64,000 nucleotides of DNA from an uncultured Bacilli bacterium (GTDB taxonomy: Bacteria; Bacillota_I; Bacilli_A; RF39; UBA660), in assembly GCA_934157235.1 (NCBI GenBank), contig CAKPHH010000004.1:4585-68584 (forward strand), in the 5' to 3' direction. Positions 18,695-27,918 of the stretch are shown piece after piece. Each line of letters opens with the position of its first letter. The first letter of the stretch is position 1. The translations under genes were made by a program, and so were the position numbers. The notes beneath the pieces were generated by a model. That model made no database searches, was not told the DNA's origin, and saw only the letters and a list, made by a program, of their open reading frames with translations.

Positions 18695-19363
18695 TCATTG
18701 ATTATTTAACTTTGAATATGGAATTGTTACATTGAATTCTCCTTGACTGTAAGGTGCTACTTGATATTGAGTAAAAAAGAAGATTAGGCCATATTTGGAA
18801 TAGACAAAGTTTGAGAAATTTTCTTGAGTTGGTTTGGTTCCTTCATATAACATGGATAGGTTGGTTATACGACTATTTGTTTTTAATTCGTCTCTACTTA
18901 TAGTTGATATAGTGTTAAGAAAGTTTTTATTTTTCTTTATTAAGTTATCTATATTTTCTAATTCGTTTGTTTCTTTATTGTAAACAATTGTTTTTATACG
19001 ATGATTAGGATGAGCTCCACCGGTAAAATCCTCAATACGGAAAATAAAAGAAAGGTAGTTAGAGTATTCATATTTTTCATATAGAATAATCAAATGATAA
19101 TATTGATTTACAGGTATTGTTGAGTTTTTTACATTAGTTTTAAATTCTTTTAGGTAATTAGTTATGTCAGTGTTGATTTGATTATTTAACTTTTTATATT
19201 CAGTTATGGGATAGTAGATTTGGATTTTATAATTTTCTTTTGTTTCAGTAATTTTATCTTCGCTATTGTTGGTTTTTATTTTTGTAGCACTGGCATTTAA
19301 TATATGAGTAAAAAAGATAAGATTAGAAAGTATTAAAATTATTGTTATGAATTTAGTTTTCAT
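18695..19363 (-). CDS. secreted DUF3298/DUF4163 (RsiV-like) domain protein
   Basis: Signal peptide; FTGGAHPNH motif characteristic of DUF3298. Confidence 0.55.
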   Translation of the reverse strand: MKTKFITIILILSNLIFFTHILNASATKIKTNNSEDKITETKENYKIQIYYPITEYKKLNNQINTDITNYLKEFKTNVKNSTIPVNQYYHLIILYEKYEYSNYLSFIFRIEDFTGGAHPNHRIKTIVYNKETNELENIDNLIKKNKNFLNTISTISRDELKTNSRITNLSMLYEGTKPTQENFSNFVYSKYGLIFFFTQYQVAPYSQGEFNVTIPYSKLNNQ

Positions 19364-19446
19364 AATATCACCATTACTATATTATTCGAAGAGTTTATAT
19401 TTATTTATTTTTTGTTGTATGGTATCATTTTTATGAGGATGATTTT

Positions 19447-19935
19447 ATGAAGAAAAAATATCAATTTATGATAATTATATTAGGGGTAATTTTAGTTATA
19501 ATTCTTTCTTTAGCGATTATTATTCCAAATAATGATTCTTTAAAATATAAAGATGATAATTATGGATTTAATTATAGTTCTAATTTTAGTGTTTCTTTAG
19601 AAGATGGGAGTTATATTGTTAGAGAAAAAGAAGGTAATGCTGAAATTATTATAAGAGTTTTAAATAATGATTATAAAAAGAGTGTTAGCAATGAAGATAG
19701 GGCAAATTTAATTTCTAAAGATATGGTTACTGAAGACTATGAAAAGGTTTCGGCTAATTGTTTAGATACTTTTTGTATGAATGTTTATGAAAATGATGAA
19801 AAACATATAACTATTACAACACGTTTTATGAATAAAGATATATATGTTTATAGATTGATCTGTGATAAAGATAAGTCAGAATTATATAATGAGGATTTTG
19901 ATTTAATTATTAATTCCTTTGTAAAAATAAAATAA
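19447..19935 (+). CDS. signal-anchored hypothetical protein (162 aa)
   Basis: RBS GAGGATGA; N-terminal hydrophobic helix. Confidence 0.45.
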   Translation: MKKKYQFMIIILGVILVIILSLAIIIPNNDSLKYKDDNYGFNYSSNFSVSLEDGSYIVREKEGNAEIIIRVLNNDYKKSVSNEDRANLISKDMVTEDYEKVSANCLDTFCMNVYENDEKHITITTRFMNKDIYVYRLICDKDKSELYNEDFDLIINSFVKIK

Positions 19936-19989
19936 TTTTATATTTATTTCTTTTATGATATAATCTTATTAAGATATGGAGATGTTTTT

Positions 19990-20970
19990 ATGAAGTGTCC
20001 TAAATGTAATTTTGAAAATGAAGTTGGAAGTGCTTTTTGTTCTAGTTGTGGAAATAAGCTTGCAGCTATTTCTACTAGTAATGATGATGCAGAAGTTTTA
20101 GATATAAATGAAAAAGTAGAAACCTTAGATAATACTCAAGTAATTGAGAGTAATAATCAAAATATTATTAATCAGACTATTCAGAATAATGAACAAGTAA
20201 CTTCTAATAATGTTTTGAGTAGTACACCAGTTACTTCAAGTAATGATCATGTTGCCACAGATAATAATTTTGTTAAAACTAATGAGGTAATTAATATGGC
20301 AACTAATATGAACAGCGAAGTTAGTGTTAATTCAAGTATGTCTAGTGATGTTACTTCTATTAATGAATTAAATAGATCTAGTAATTTTATTGTGATTGGA
20401 TTAGTTATTTTAATTGCTATTATAACTATTGTTTCATGTTATCTTATGACTACAAATAAAAGAGACAATGAAAAGAAAGATGATGTTGTAACTTATAATA
20501 ATAAAGTAACAATCAATGGTAGAACTGGAAGTGTTCCTGATGGCTGGAATTTTGTATCGGGAGTAGAAATTGGACAAAACGATTATGAATCTGTTTTTAT
20601 GAATGCGTCTTATGATTCTTTTGCTTATGTTTTATCTTCAAAAACTTCTAATTTATCAGAGATAAAGGCTAATATGTATACGCTTAAAGCAAAGTTAGAG
20701 AGTAAGGGATTTTCTGACATTGATGTTAAAAAGAGTAAAGAAAATAGTTCTGAGTATGTTTTATTTGATGGATTATATAATGGAAAAAATTATCACCTTT
20801 TATATTTAGCAGATACAGCTGGTGTTTATGGTAGTGAAGGAGTTTATGCTTCTAAAGATGATTTAGCTACAATTGTTTCTTTTATGACAAAGTTAAAGAG
20901 AAACGCTGCTATAAAAATTCCTGATGATAGTGAACAAGTTAATTTTTTTGAGACTATTTTAGAAAAATAG
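19990..20970 (+). CDS. zinc-ribbon (CPKC...CSSC) single-pass membrane protein
   Basis: N-terminal CxxC-x12-CxxC, central TM helix, extracellular C-domain; terminator 20991-21017. Confidence 0.5.
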   Translation: MKCPKCNFENEVGSAFCSSCGNKLAAISTSNDDAEVLDINEKVETLDNTQVIESNNQNIINQTIQNNEQVTSNNVLSSTPVTSSNDHVATDNNFVKTNEVINMATNMNSEVSVNSSMSSDVTSINELNRSSNFIVIGLVILIAIITIVSCYLMTTNKRDNEKKDDVVTYNNKVTINGRTGSVPDGWNFVSGVEIGQNDYESVFMNASYDSFAYVLSSKTSNLSEIKANMYTLKAKLESKGFSDIDVKKSKENSSEYVLFDGLYNGKNYHLLYLADTAGVYGSEGVYASKDDLATIVSFMTKLKRNAAIKIPDDSEQVNFFETILEK

Positions 20971-21133
20971 CTGATTTGTGTTATGAAGGAGAGTGTTAAC
21001 TTAACACTTTTTTTTGATTTTTATATTTTTCTATGCTATAATATGGGAACCTTTAGGACTTTTATTTGGTACTAAAGGGCTAAAGATTAACATATAATTT
21101 GATTATGAATTTTAAATAAAAGGAGATATTAAG

Positions 21134-21745
21134 ATGAAAAAAGGAATTTATGATAGAAAAAGTTTACTTACTTTTAAAGAAATAGCAGAAAGAGGGAAGC
21201 AATACACTTTATTTTCTTATGGCGATGGTCCTATTTGGGATGTTTATACAGAAGCATTTTTATTTAGACATAATGCAGATGTTTCGGTTGATATAATCGA
21301 AACTTTTGGAGATGTTATTGAAAAGTTAAATAATAATGGTAGAGTGATTGAAGATATTACTTTAGGATTAGACTTTAGTATTTTTGTTGATACAAATTCT
21401 TTAGATGACAATGGATACTTGGTTGGGGAACCTAGTGTTTATGCTGATAAAGTTTCTGTTAGAATAGATAGTATATCTGGTCATTATAGTGATGGTAGAG
21501 ATGATACTAATAGCAAATCTTTCTCAATTATAGCTGGGGAAAAAGGCTCTGAATTACTAGATGGTCATTCATGTATTACTAATTTTAGTGATTTTGTTAT
21601 TGGATTAAACAAAATTGGTTTTGAACTAGAAGAAATTGCTAGCTTTGATGATGTTAAGACTCGAGTTTTAAATGGAGAAAAAGCCCAAGGTAGTGTTTCT
21701 TTGGCAACTACTAAAGATAGAGTTTATAAAAAAAGTGATAAATAA
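21134..21745 (+). CDS. hypothetical cytoplasmic protein (203 aa)
   Basis: RBS AAAAGGAG; terminator hairpin AGTGAT/ATCACT + T9 overlapping stop. Confidence 0.45.
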   Translation: MKKGIYDRKSLLTFKEIAERGKQYTLFSYGDGPIWDVYTEAFLFRHNADVSVDIIETFGDVIEKLNNNGRVIEDITLGLDFSIFVDTNSLDDNGYLVGEPSVYADKVSVRIDSISGHYSDGRDDTNSKSFSIIAGEKGSELLDGHSCITNFSDFVIGLNKIGFELEEIASFDDVKTRVLNGEKAQGSVSLATTKDRVYKKSDK

Positions 21746-21839
21746 TCACTTTTTTTTTACAGTATTTTACTATTAAGTCTATGTTTTTTTTAGTTTAGAG
21801 TGCTATTTATGGTATAATTTTAATATGGGTGATAAGTGC

Positions 21840-22559
21840 ATGAAAATTAAGATAAACAATATAAATGTTAATTACATACAATATGGTGAAGGTAGTGATG
21901 TTTTACTATTACATGGATGGGGGCAAAACATTCAAATGATGAAGCCATTGGGAGATAATTTGTGTAGTAATCATAGAATTACAATTATTGATTTTCCGGG
22001 CTTTGGTGAAAGTGGTGAACCTTTAGAACCATGGACTGTAAAAGATTATGCGTTATTAGTTGAGGAATTAGTTAAAAAATTAAATATAAAGAAACCAACC
22101 ATTATAGGGCATTCATTTGGAGGAAGAGTAGCAATATATTATTCAGCGAATAATCCAATTGAAAAATTAGTATTATTTGGTAGTCCTTGTATGAAAGAAA
22201 AAAAAGACTTAACCTTATCAGTAAAAATTTTAAAAGCCATAAAAAGACTTCCTGGAATGAATAAGTTGGGAGAATTTATGAAAAAATATATTGGATCACC
22301 AGATTATAGAATGGCTAGTCTAATAATGAGACAAACATTAGTAAATGTAGTTAATGAAGATTTAGCTAGCTATGCAAGAAAAATAGAAGAACCAACATTA
22401 TTAATTTGGGGAGAACATGATGAGGCTGTTCCTGTTAAAGAAGCACAAGAACTTGAAAAAATAATGATAGATGCTGCACTTATAGTTTTACCTGGTACAC
22501 ATTATGCTTATTTAGAAAACTTAGGACAAGTTGTTAATATTTTAAATAGTTTTATTTAG
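21840..22559 (+). CDS. alpha/beta-fold hydrolase
   Basis: GHSFGG nucleophile elbow (GxSxG); ATG 21840 after GGGTGATAAG (ORF-track 21825 rejected). Confidence 0.7.
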   Translation: MKIKINNINVNYIQYGEGSDVLLLHGWGQNIQMMKPLGDNLCSNHRITIIDFPGFGESGEPLEPWTVKDYALLVEELVKKLNIKKPTIIGHSFGGRVAIYYSANNPIEKLVLFGSPCMKEKKDLTLSVKILKAIKRLPGMNKLGEFMKKYIGSPDYRMASLIMRQTLVNVVNEDLASYARKIEEPTLLIWGEHDEAVPVKEAQELEKIMIDAALIVLPGTHYAYLENLGQVVNILNSFI

Positions 22560-22569
22560 GAGGTAGACC

Positions 22570-24183
22570 ATGACATTAAAAGTCTTGTTGATTATAGCGA
22601 TTGTTTTTCTATTATTTTTTAAGACAAAAAGAAATTTACATATGTTACAACAAAACCTTTATAATGAAAATAAGCGTTATATTAAATGGTTAGTTAAAAA
22701 TAGAGAACAATTTATGGATATAGAACTGATAATTATTGGAGTTTTATTAATTGAAAGTTTAGTTCTTTATGATATTAAATATTTTACAATTATTGTTAAT
22801 ATTTTATTAATAGTTTTAAATGTTATAGTAGGATTTAGTTGGAAAAAGAAAATAGATACTGATCAAAATAAAAAGCCTTTGGTTGTGACTAAAAGAATTA
22901 AAAGATTAATTTTTACGACTAGTGTTTTATATGCAATACCATTTTATTTTATAATTGTTAATATAAATGATAGTCATACTATGTGGAAATTGCTCTTACT
23001 TGAAGGAGTAATGGTTTACTTAAATGCATTCATTATATTTATGGCGAATGTTATTAATAAACCAATAGAAAAACTGGTGTATTTATATTATAAGAGTAAA
23101 GCTAAAAATAAACTTAGAAGTATGAATAATTTAAAAGTAATAGGTGTTACTGGTAGTTATGGTAAGACTAGTTGTAAGAATGTTTTAAGTGATATTTTAA
23201 ATATTAAATATAATGCTTTAGCGACTCCTAAGAATTTAAATACTGATTATGGGTTGATGATGACTATTAATAATAATTTGGATAGATTTACAGATGTTTT
23301 TATAGCTGAGATGGGGGCTTATGTTAGGGGAGATATAAAGAAACTTTGTGATTTTGTTAAACCTAAATATGGAATTCTTACTACTATTGGGACAGCGCAT
23401 TTAGAGTCGTTTGGTAGTGAAGAAAATATTATTAAAGCTAAATTTGAATTAATTGAATCATTACCAAGTGATGGATTTGCGGTACTTAATGGAGATGATC
23501 CAAAGCAAATTAATTATAAATTAAAGAATAAGGTTAAAACTATTTGGATTGGTATTAATAATCATGATGTTGATGTTAGAGCTCTTAATATAGAGTCTTC
23601 TCATAAAGGAACAAGTTTTGATGTAGTATTTAGAAATGATAAAAATAAATATCATTTTGAAACTAAGTTATTGGGAGAACATAATGTTTATAATATTTTA
23701 GCAGCAATAGCTTGTGGCAGGGAATTTGGTATTTCATATGATGAGTTAAGTAGTGCTGTATCAATGGTTAGACCGATAGAACATAGATTGGAACTTAAAA
23801 AGATAGGCAATTTTTATCAAATAGATGATGCTTATAATTCTAATCCAGTAGGAGCTAAAAATGCTTGTTTAGTACTTGGAATGATGAAGGGTATAAAGAT
23901 TGTTGTTACTCCGGGTATGGTAGAGTTAGGAGAAAAAGAAGAATACTATAATAGACAATTTGGTGAGGAAATTGCAGGCGTTGCTGATTATGCTGTACTT
24001 ATTGGAGAGAAGAAGACTAAACCAATCTATGAAGGTTTATTAAGACAAGGATTTGACAAAGATAAAATAATAGTATTTAATGATGTTAGAGAAGCGTATG
24101 CTTTTATTAACAGTATATATAATGGCAAAGAAGATATATATGCTTTATTTGAAAACGATTTGCCAGATACATATAATGAGTAG
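22570..24183 (+). CDS. murF: UDP-N-acetylmuramoyl-tripeptide--D-alanyl-D-alanine ligase (MurF) with N-terminal ~165-aa five-helix membrane domain
   Basis: Mur ligase P-loop IGVTGSYGKTS at ~aa 195 and Mur-ligase middle/C-terminal domains; N-terminus replaced by 5 predicted TM helices; RBS AGGAGG. Confidence 0.7.
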   Translation: MTLKVLLIIAIVFLLFFKTKRNLHMLQQNLYNENKRYIKWLVKNREQFMDIELIIIGVLLIESLVLYDIKYFTIIVNILLIVLNVIVGFSWKKKIDTDQNKKPLVVTKRIKRLIFTTSVLYAIPFYFIIVNINDSHTMWKLLLLEGVMVYLNAFIIFMANVINKPIEKLVYLYYKSKAKNKLRSMNNLKVIGVTGSYGKTSCKNVLSDILNIKYNALATPKNLNTDYGLMMTINNNLDRFTDVFIAEMGAYVRGDIKKLCDFVKPKYGILTTIGTAHLESFGSEENIIKAKFELIESLPSDGFAVLNGDDPKQINYKLKNKVKTIWIGINNHDVDVRALNIESSHKGTSFDVVFRNDKNKYHFETKLLGEHNVYNILAAIACGREFGISYDELSSAVSMVRPIEHRLELKKIGNFYQIDDAYNSNPVGAKNACLVLGMMKGIKIVVTPGMVELGEKEEYYNRQFGEEIAGVADYAVLIGEKKTKPIYEGLLRQGFDKDKIIVFNDVREAYAFINSIYNGKEDIYALFENDLPDTYNE

Positions 24184-24197
24184 GAGGATTTTTGATT

Positions 24198-25418
24198 ATG
24201 AAAATTAAAGTTGGTGTTATTTTTGGTGGAGAAACAGTTGAACATGAGGTAAGTATTATTTCTGCTATTCAAGCTATGAATAAAATGGATCAAGAAAAAT
24301 ATGAAGTTATTCCAATTTATATTACAAAAGATAGAGAATGGTATACTGGTGATATGTTAAAAGATATCGACGTATATCAAGATTTATCTTTGATAAAGAA
24401 ATATGCTAAGAACGTAGTTTTATATTATAAAAATGGTTCTTATGTATTACAAAAAAAGAAATTTCCTAGAACTGTTGTTAAGGAAATTGATATAGCATTC
24501 CCAGTAGTACATGGTACAAATGTAGAGGATGGGGTATTACAAGGTTATTTACAAACTATAGGTATTCCATTTGTTGGTCCTAATGTATATGCTGCAGTTG
24601 TGGGACAAGATAAAGCTTTTATGAAAGATGTTTGGGCTAGTGCAGGACTTCCAATGACTGATTATGTTTGGTTTTATGATATTGATTATAAAAGAGATAA
24701 GGATGCGGTTATTAAGAAAATTTCTAAACTTAAATATCCAGTGATTGTAAAGCCAGCTACAACTGGTTCATCTGTTGGTATTAGTGTTTGCGAAGATGAA
24801 GAAAGTTTAATTGAAGGTTTAGATGAAGCTCTTCAATATGATTCAAAGATTGTTGTTGAAGAAGTTGTTAAAAACTTAGTTGAAGTTAATATTGCCGTTA
24901 TGGGTAATTATGAACATCAAAAAGTTAGTGAAATTGAAGAAGTTTTATCTGGTAATAAATTCTTAACTTTTACAGATAAATATATTGGTGGAGGCAAGAA
25001 TGGTAAGCTTAAGGGAAAAGGTCCTGTAAAGACTTCTAAAGGTATGGCTTCTACTAATAGAAAATTGCCTGCTGATATTAGTGATAAGATGAGAAAAGAA
25101 GTTGAAGAAGTAGCTGTTAAGGCTTTTAAAGCTTTAGGTTCTGCTGGAAACTCTCGAATTGACTTTTTAATTGATGATAAGTCTAAAAAGGTATATATCA
25201 ATGAAATAAATTCTATTCCAGGAAGTTTAGCTTTCTATTTATGGGAGGCTAAAGGAATTGACTTTACTAGTATGTTAGATGAAATGATTAATATTGGAAT
25301 TAAAGAGTATAAGAAGAGAATTAGTAAGACTCATTCATTTGATTCTAATATTTTACAAGGATTTGCTGCTAACGGAGGAGTAAAAGGAATGAAAGGAGCT
25401 AAAGGAAAGTTAAGATAA
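24198..25418 (+). CDS. ddl: D-alanine--D-alanine ligase with Lys/Gly-rich C-terminal extension
   Basis: KIKVGVIFGGETVEHEVSIISA N-terminus, ATP-grasp motifs; RBS AGGAGG; ~45 extra C-terminal residues (GGVKGMKGAKGKLR). Confidence 0.85.
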   Translation: MKIKVGVIFGGETVEHEVSIISAIQAMNKMDQEKYEVIPIYITKDREWYTGDMLKDIDVYQDLSLIKKYAKNVVLYYKNGSYVLQKKKFPRTVVKEIDIAFPVVHGTNVEDGVLQGYLQTIGIPFVGPNVYAAVVGQDKAFMKDVWASAGLPMTDYVWFYDIDYKRDKDAVIKKISKLKYPVIVKPATTGSSVGISVCEDEESLIEGLDEALQYDSKIVVEEVVKNLVEVNIAVMGNYEHQKVSEIEEVLSGNKFLTFTDKYIGGGKNGKLKGKGPVKTSKGMASTNRKLPADISDKMRKEVEEVAVKAFKALGSAGNSRIDFLIDDKSKKVYINEINSIPGSLAFYLWEAKGIDFTSMLDEMINIGIKEYKKRISKTHSFDSNILQGFAANGGVKGMKGAKGKLR

Positions 25419-25437
25419 TAACTTTTCTTTTTTCTTT

Positions 25438-26022
25438 ATGATAGGTGTTTTAATTAGAAGGGAAAATACTTCTTTAGCAAACAAGTATTATGTTGCTGCT
25501 ATAGAGAAATTTGGTGGAGAAGTTATTTTAATTAATGATAATGATACAAAAGATGTAGTAGATGATAAGTTAAAGCAGATAGATGGTATTTTACTTACTG
25601 GAGGAGATGAGGTAGGACCTATTGATTATTATTTAATTTCTTATGCTTTGAAAAATAAATTAAAATTACTTGGTATTTGTCAAGGAATGCAATCAATGTG
25701 TTTATATGGTAGTTCTCTTAAGTTAATTTCTATTGGAAATGATAGTCATAAAAAAGAAGAAGGATATGTACATGGAGTTACTTTGGATGAAGGATTACTA
25801 AGAGAGTTATTTGGTACTTCTAAGATTATGGTTAATTCACATCATTTACAGACTATTAGTAAGAGTGTCTTATTTAGAGTGGTAGGTTATAGTGATGATA
25901 ATTTAATTGAAGCAGTAGAAGGAGATAATGAGGTATTTCAAGTTGGAGTACAATGGCATCCGGAGAGAATGCTTGAATATGATGAGGGAAGTTGTAGGTT
26001 GCTAGAGAGATTTGTTAAGTGA
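25438..26022 (+). CDS. class-I glutamine amidotransferase / peptidase C26 (gamma-glutamyl hydrolase family)
   Basis: GICQGMQ (Cys nucleophile) and GVQWHPE (His) motifs; weak RBS. Confidence 0.7.
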   Translation: MIGVLIRRENTSLANKYYVAAIEKFGGEVILINDNDTKDVVDDKLKQIDGILLTGGDEVGPIDYYLISYALKNKLKLLGICQGMQSMCLYGSSLKLISIGNDSHKKEEGYVHGVTLDEGLLRELFGTSKIMVNSHHLQTISKSVLFRVVGYSDDNLIEAVEGDNEVFQVGVQWHPERMLEYDEGSCRLLERFVK

Positions 26023-26036
26023 AAATAATAAAAGAA

Positions 26037-26068
26037 TAGTAACGATTATTAGTCGTTACTATCTTTTT
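26037..26068. terminator. bidirectional terminator AGTAACGA/TCGTTACT
   Basis: 8-bp inverted repeat with T-run downstream and A-run upstream. Confidence 0.6.
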
Positions 26069-26662
26069 TGTAGGTTTCATTGGCATGGGTAAAGTTTAAT
26101 AAAGGCAAAAGATTATCAAGATATCTTGCTCGTTCATGCTCATAGTTTATGTAGTAGGTGTGTTCCCAGAGATCAATTGCTAGAATATTGGTGTAGCCAT
26201 AGAGATAAGGTGATTCTTGATTTTTAGTATTGAATATTTCTAAAGTGTTATTGTTTCCAATGATTAGGAATGTATAGCCAGAACCTTTTACTTTAAGAGC
26301 ATTTTCTTTTAGGAGACTTAAAAGATTTTCATAGGTTGTGTATTGCTTTTCGATTTGTCTTTTTAAATTACCTGTTGGTTTTTGATGAATAGTAGGATGA
26401 ATACTTTTCCAGTAGAGATTAGATTAATAATATCGCCAAGATTAAAGTGGATATTTTCTTGATCTGTTTTAGGAAAAACATTAATATGGTTTATCAGTTC
26501 TTCTTCAGTATAATTGTAAGAATAGTTGTTTTTTTGTAGTAGTTTATTTAGATTATTTAAATAAGTCTGTTGATGTTTATGATAATGAAGTCCCATGGTA
26601 TGAGTATCGATATATGATTCAAAGTCTTGGAAGGCATATGGTAATATTGGTAATTGATATAT
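26049..26662 (-). pseudogene. sodA: Fe/Mn superoxide dismutase pseudogene (frameshift, internal TAA, ATG start lost)
   Basis: Minus-strand frames give YQLPILPYAF...HYHKHQQTYLNNLN (N-terminus), then after a frame change near 26425-26435 ...YWKSIHP...KPTGNL...GSGYTFLIIGNN...ILAIDLWEHTYYINYEHERARYL (C-terminus); AAAGGAG RBS followed by ATA not ATG. Confidence 0.75.
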
Positions 26663-26787
26663 AAATTCTCCTTTTTTTAGTGTATGCGAAAAGCAGAGGA
26701 AAAAGACTGGGATAATTCTTTGGTGGTGTGATTGCTATAATATAATTTTTTTTAATGTGATATAATATTGTTAGGAGTTGTTGAAGT

Positions 26788-27513
26788 ATGAAGAAAATAA
26801 GGTTTGTAGTAATTATTTTTATGATTTTATTATGTGTTTATGGATGCGGTAAGAAGAGTACTAACAATGATGTAACCAATAAAAAAAATAGTGATGGGGT
26901 ACAAGAAATAACAGATAATACTAGTAAAAATGATGATGAAAAAGTACAAGATGAAACCAATCAAAATGAAAATAAACCTCAAGAGGCTAGTACAGGCCCA
27001 AATAATAGCCAGATAGAAAACAATCAGAGCCAAAATAATAATCAAAATCAAGATAGTAATCAAGGACAAAATAACAACCAAGGCCAAAATAATAATCAAA
27101 GTGGACAAAATGAGGATAATGTCAATCAGCAACAAGAAAATACAAATAATAAAAAACTAGTTGTTTGTTCAATGACGGAAACTAGTAATAAATATGATGG
27201 TTTTATTAGGAGTACTACGACATTTGAAAATGGTTCAATAGTATATCATACATTATATGTTGAAAAGAAATTTAAAAATAATTATAAAGCGGAGAATGAT
27301 GATTGGACAATTTCTAATAAAGAGGCTATAGAAAATTCTAATACAAAAGGAATTAGTGGTGTAGTAGAAATAAAAAATAATATTACGTATCTTACAGCAA
27401 ATTATAATGTTAAAGAAAATGAAAAATTACTAGAAATGATAACTTCACATACTGAGTATAATGATTTTTTAAATAATATGAAAAATAATGGTTATACGTG
27501 TACTGAGAGATAA
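26788..27513 (+). CDS. lipoprotein with Q/N-rich low-complexity region
   Basis: Signal peptide + lipobox (LLCVYGCG); RBS AGGAG. Confidence 0.55.
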   Translation: MKKIRFVVIIFMILLCVYGCGKKSTNNDVTNKKNSDGVQEITDNTSKNDDEKVQDETNQNENKPQEASTGPNNSQIENNQSQNNNQNQDSNQGQNNNQGQNNNQSGQNEDNVNQQQENTNNKKLVVCSMTETSNKYDGFIRSTTTFENGSIVYHTLYVEKKFKNNYKAENDDWTISNKEAIENSNTKGISGVVEIKNNITYLTANYNVKENEKLLEMITSHTEYNDFLNNMKNNGYTCTER

Positions 27514-27684
27514 ATAAAAAAAGGTGCCGAAAAGGTGCCACTTTTTTTTACTTAGTGTAATTTTAGCTGTATAATTTAATTTTTTTGATTTAGGATAGTA
27601 ATAGTCAATATTAATAATATATGTCTAAGATGTTGTTGTAGCAATAAAAAACCTAACAAATAAGTTTGTTAGGTTTGTGTAATC

Positions 27685-27759
27685 AATATAAATGGTGGGC
27701 TGTTAGGGATTCGAACCCTAGACCCACTGATTAAGAGTCAGTTGCTCTACCAACTGAGC
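27685..27759 (-). tRNA. tRNA-Lys (CTT)
   Basis: Reverse complement GGGCTGTTAGCTCAGTTGGTAGAGCAACTGACTCTTAATCAGTGGGTCTAGGGTTCGAATCCCTAACAGCCCACCA; anticodon loop CTCTTAA; terminator hairpin AACCTAACAAA/TTTGTTAGGTT at 27648-27680. Confidence 0.85.
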
Positions 27760-27918
27760 TAACAGCCCATTTCTTGATTGCATATTTATTTTATACTAAA
27801 AATCGACAATTGACAAGACTTTTTTATAAAAATGCTAAATAATTGTCGTTTTGATAAAGAGTGTCGATGGACTAATTTTCTTATTTATGATATATTTTAG
27901 ATAGTGTTGGTGATGTAG

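Noticed and set aside
24027-25201. ORFs 24027-24293(-) and 24917-25201(-)
   Set aside because: Antisense to murF/ddl, whose motifs are unambiguous.
26363-26596. ORF 26363-26596(-) as a standalone 77-aa gene
   Set aside because: It is the N-terminal piece of the frameshifted sodA pseudogene (26049-26662), not an independent gene.
26830-27135. ORF 26830-27135(-)
   Set aside because: Antisense to lipoprotein gene; Ile/Leu-rich artefact of A/T-rich Q/N codon repeats.
27519-27545. Direct repeat GGTGCC-gaaaa-GGTGCC after the lipoprotein gene as a terminator
   Set aside because: Repeats are direct, not inverted; only a weak 3-bp pairing possible, so not called as a hairpin terminator.
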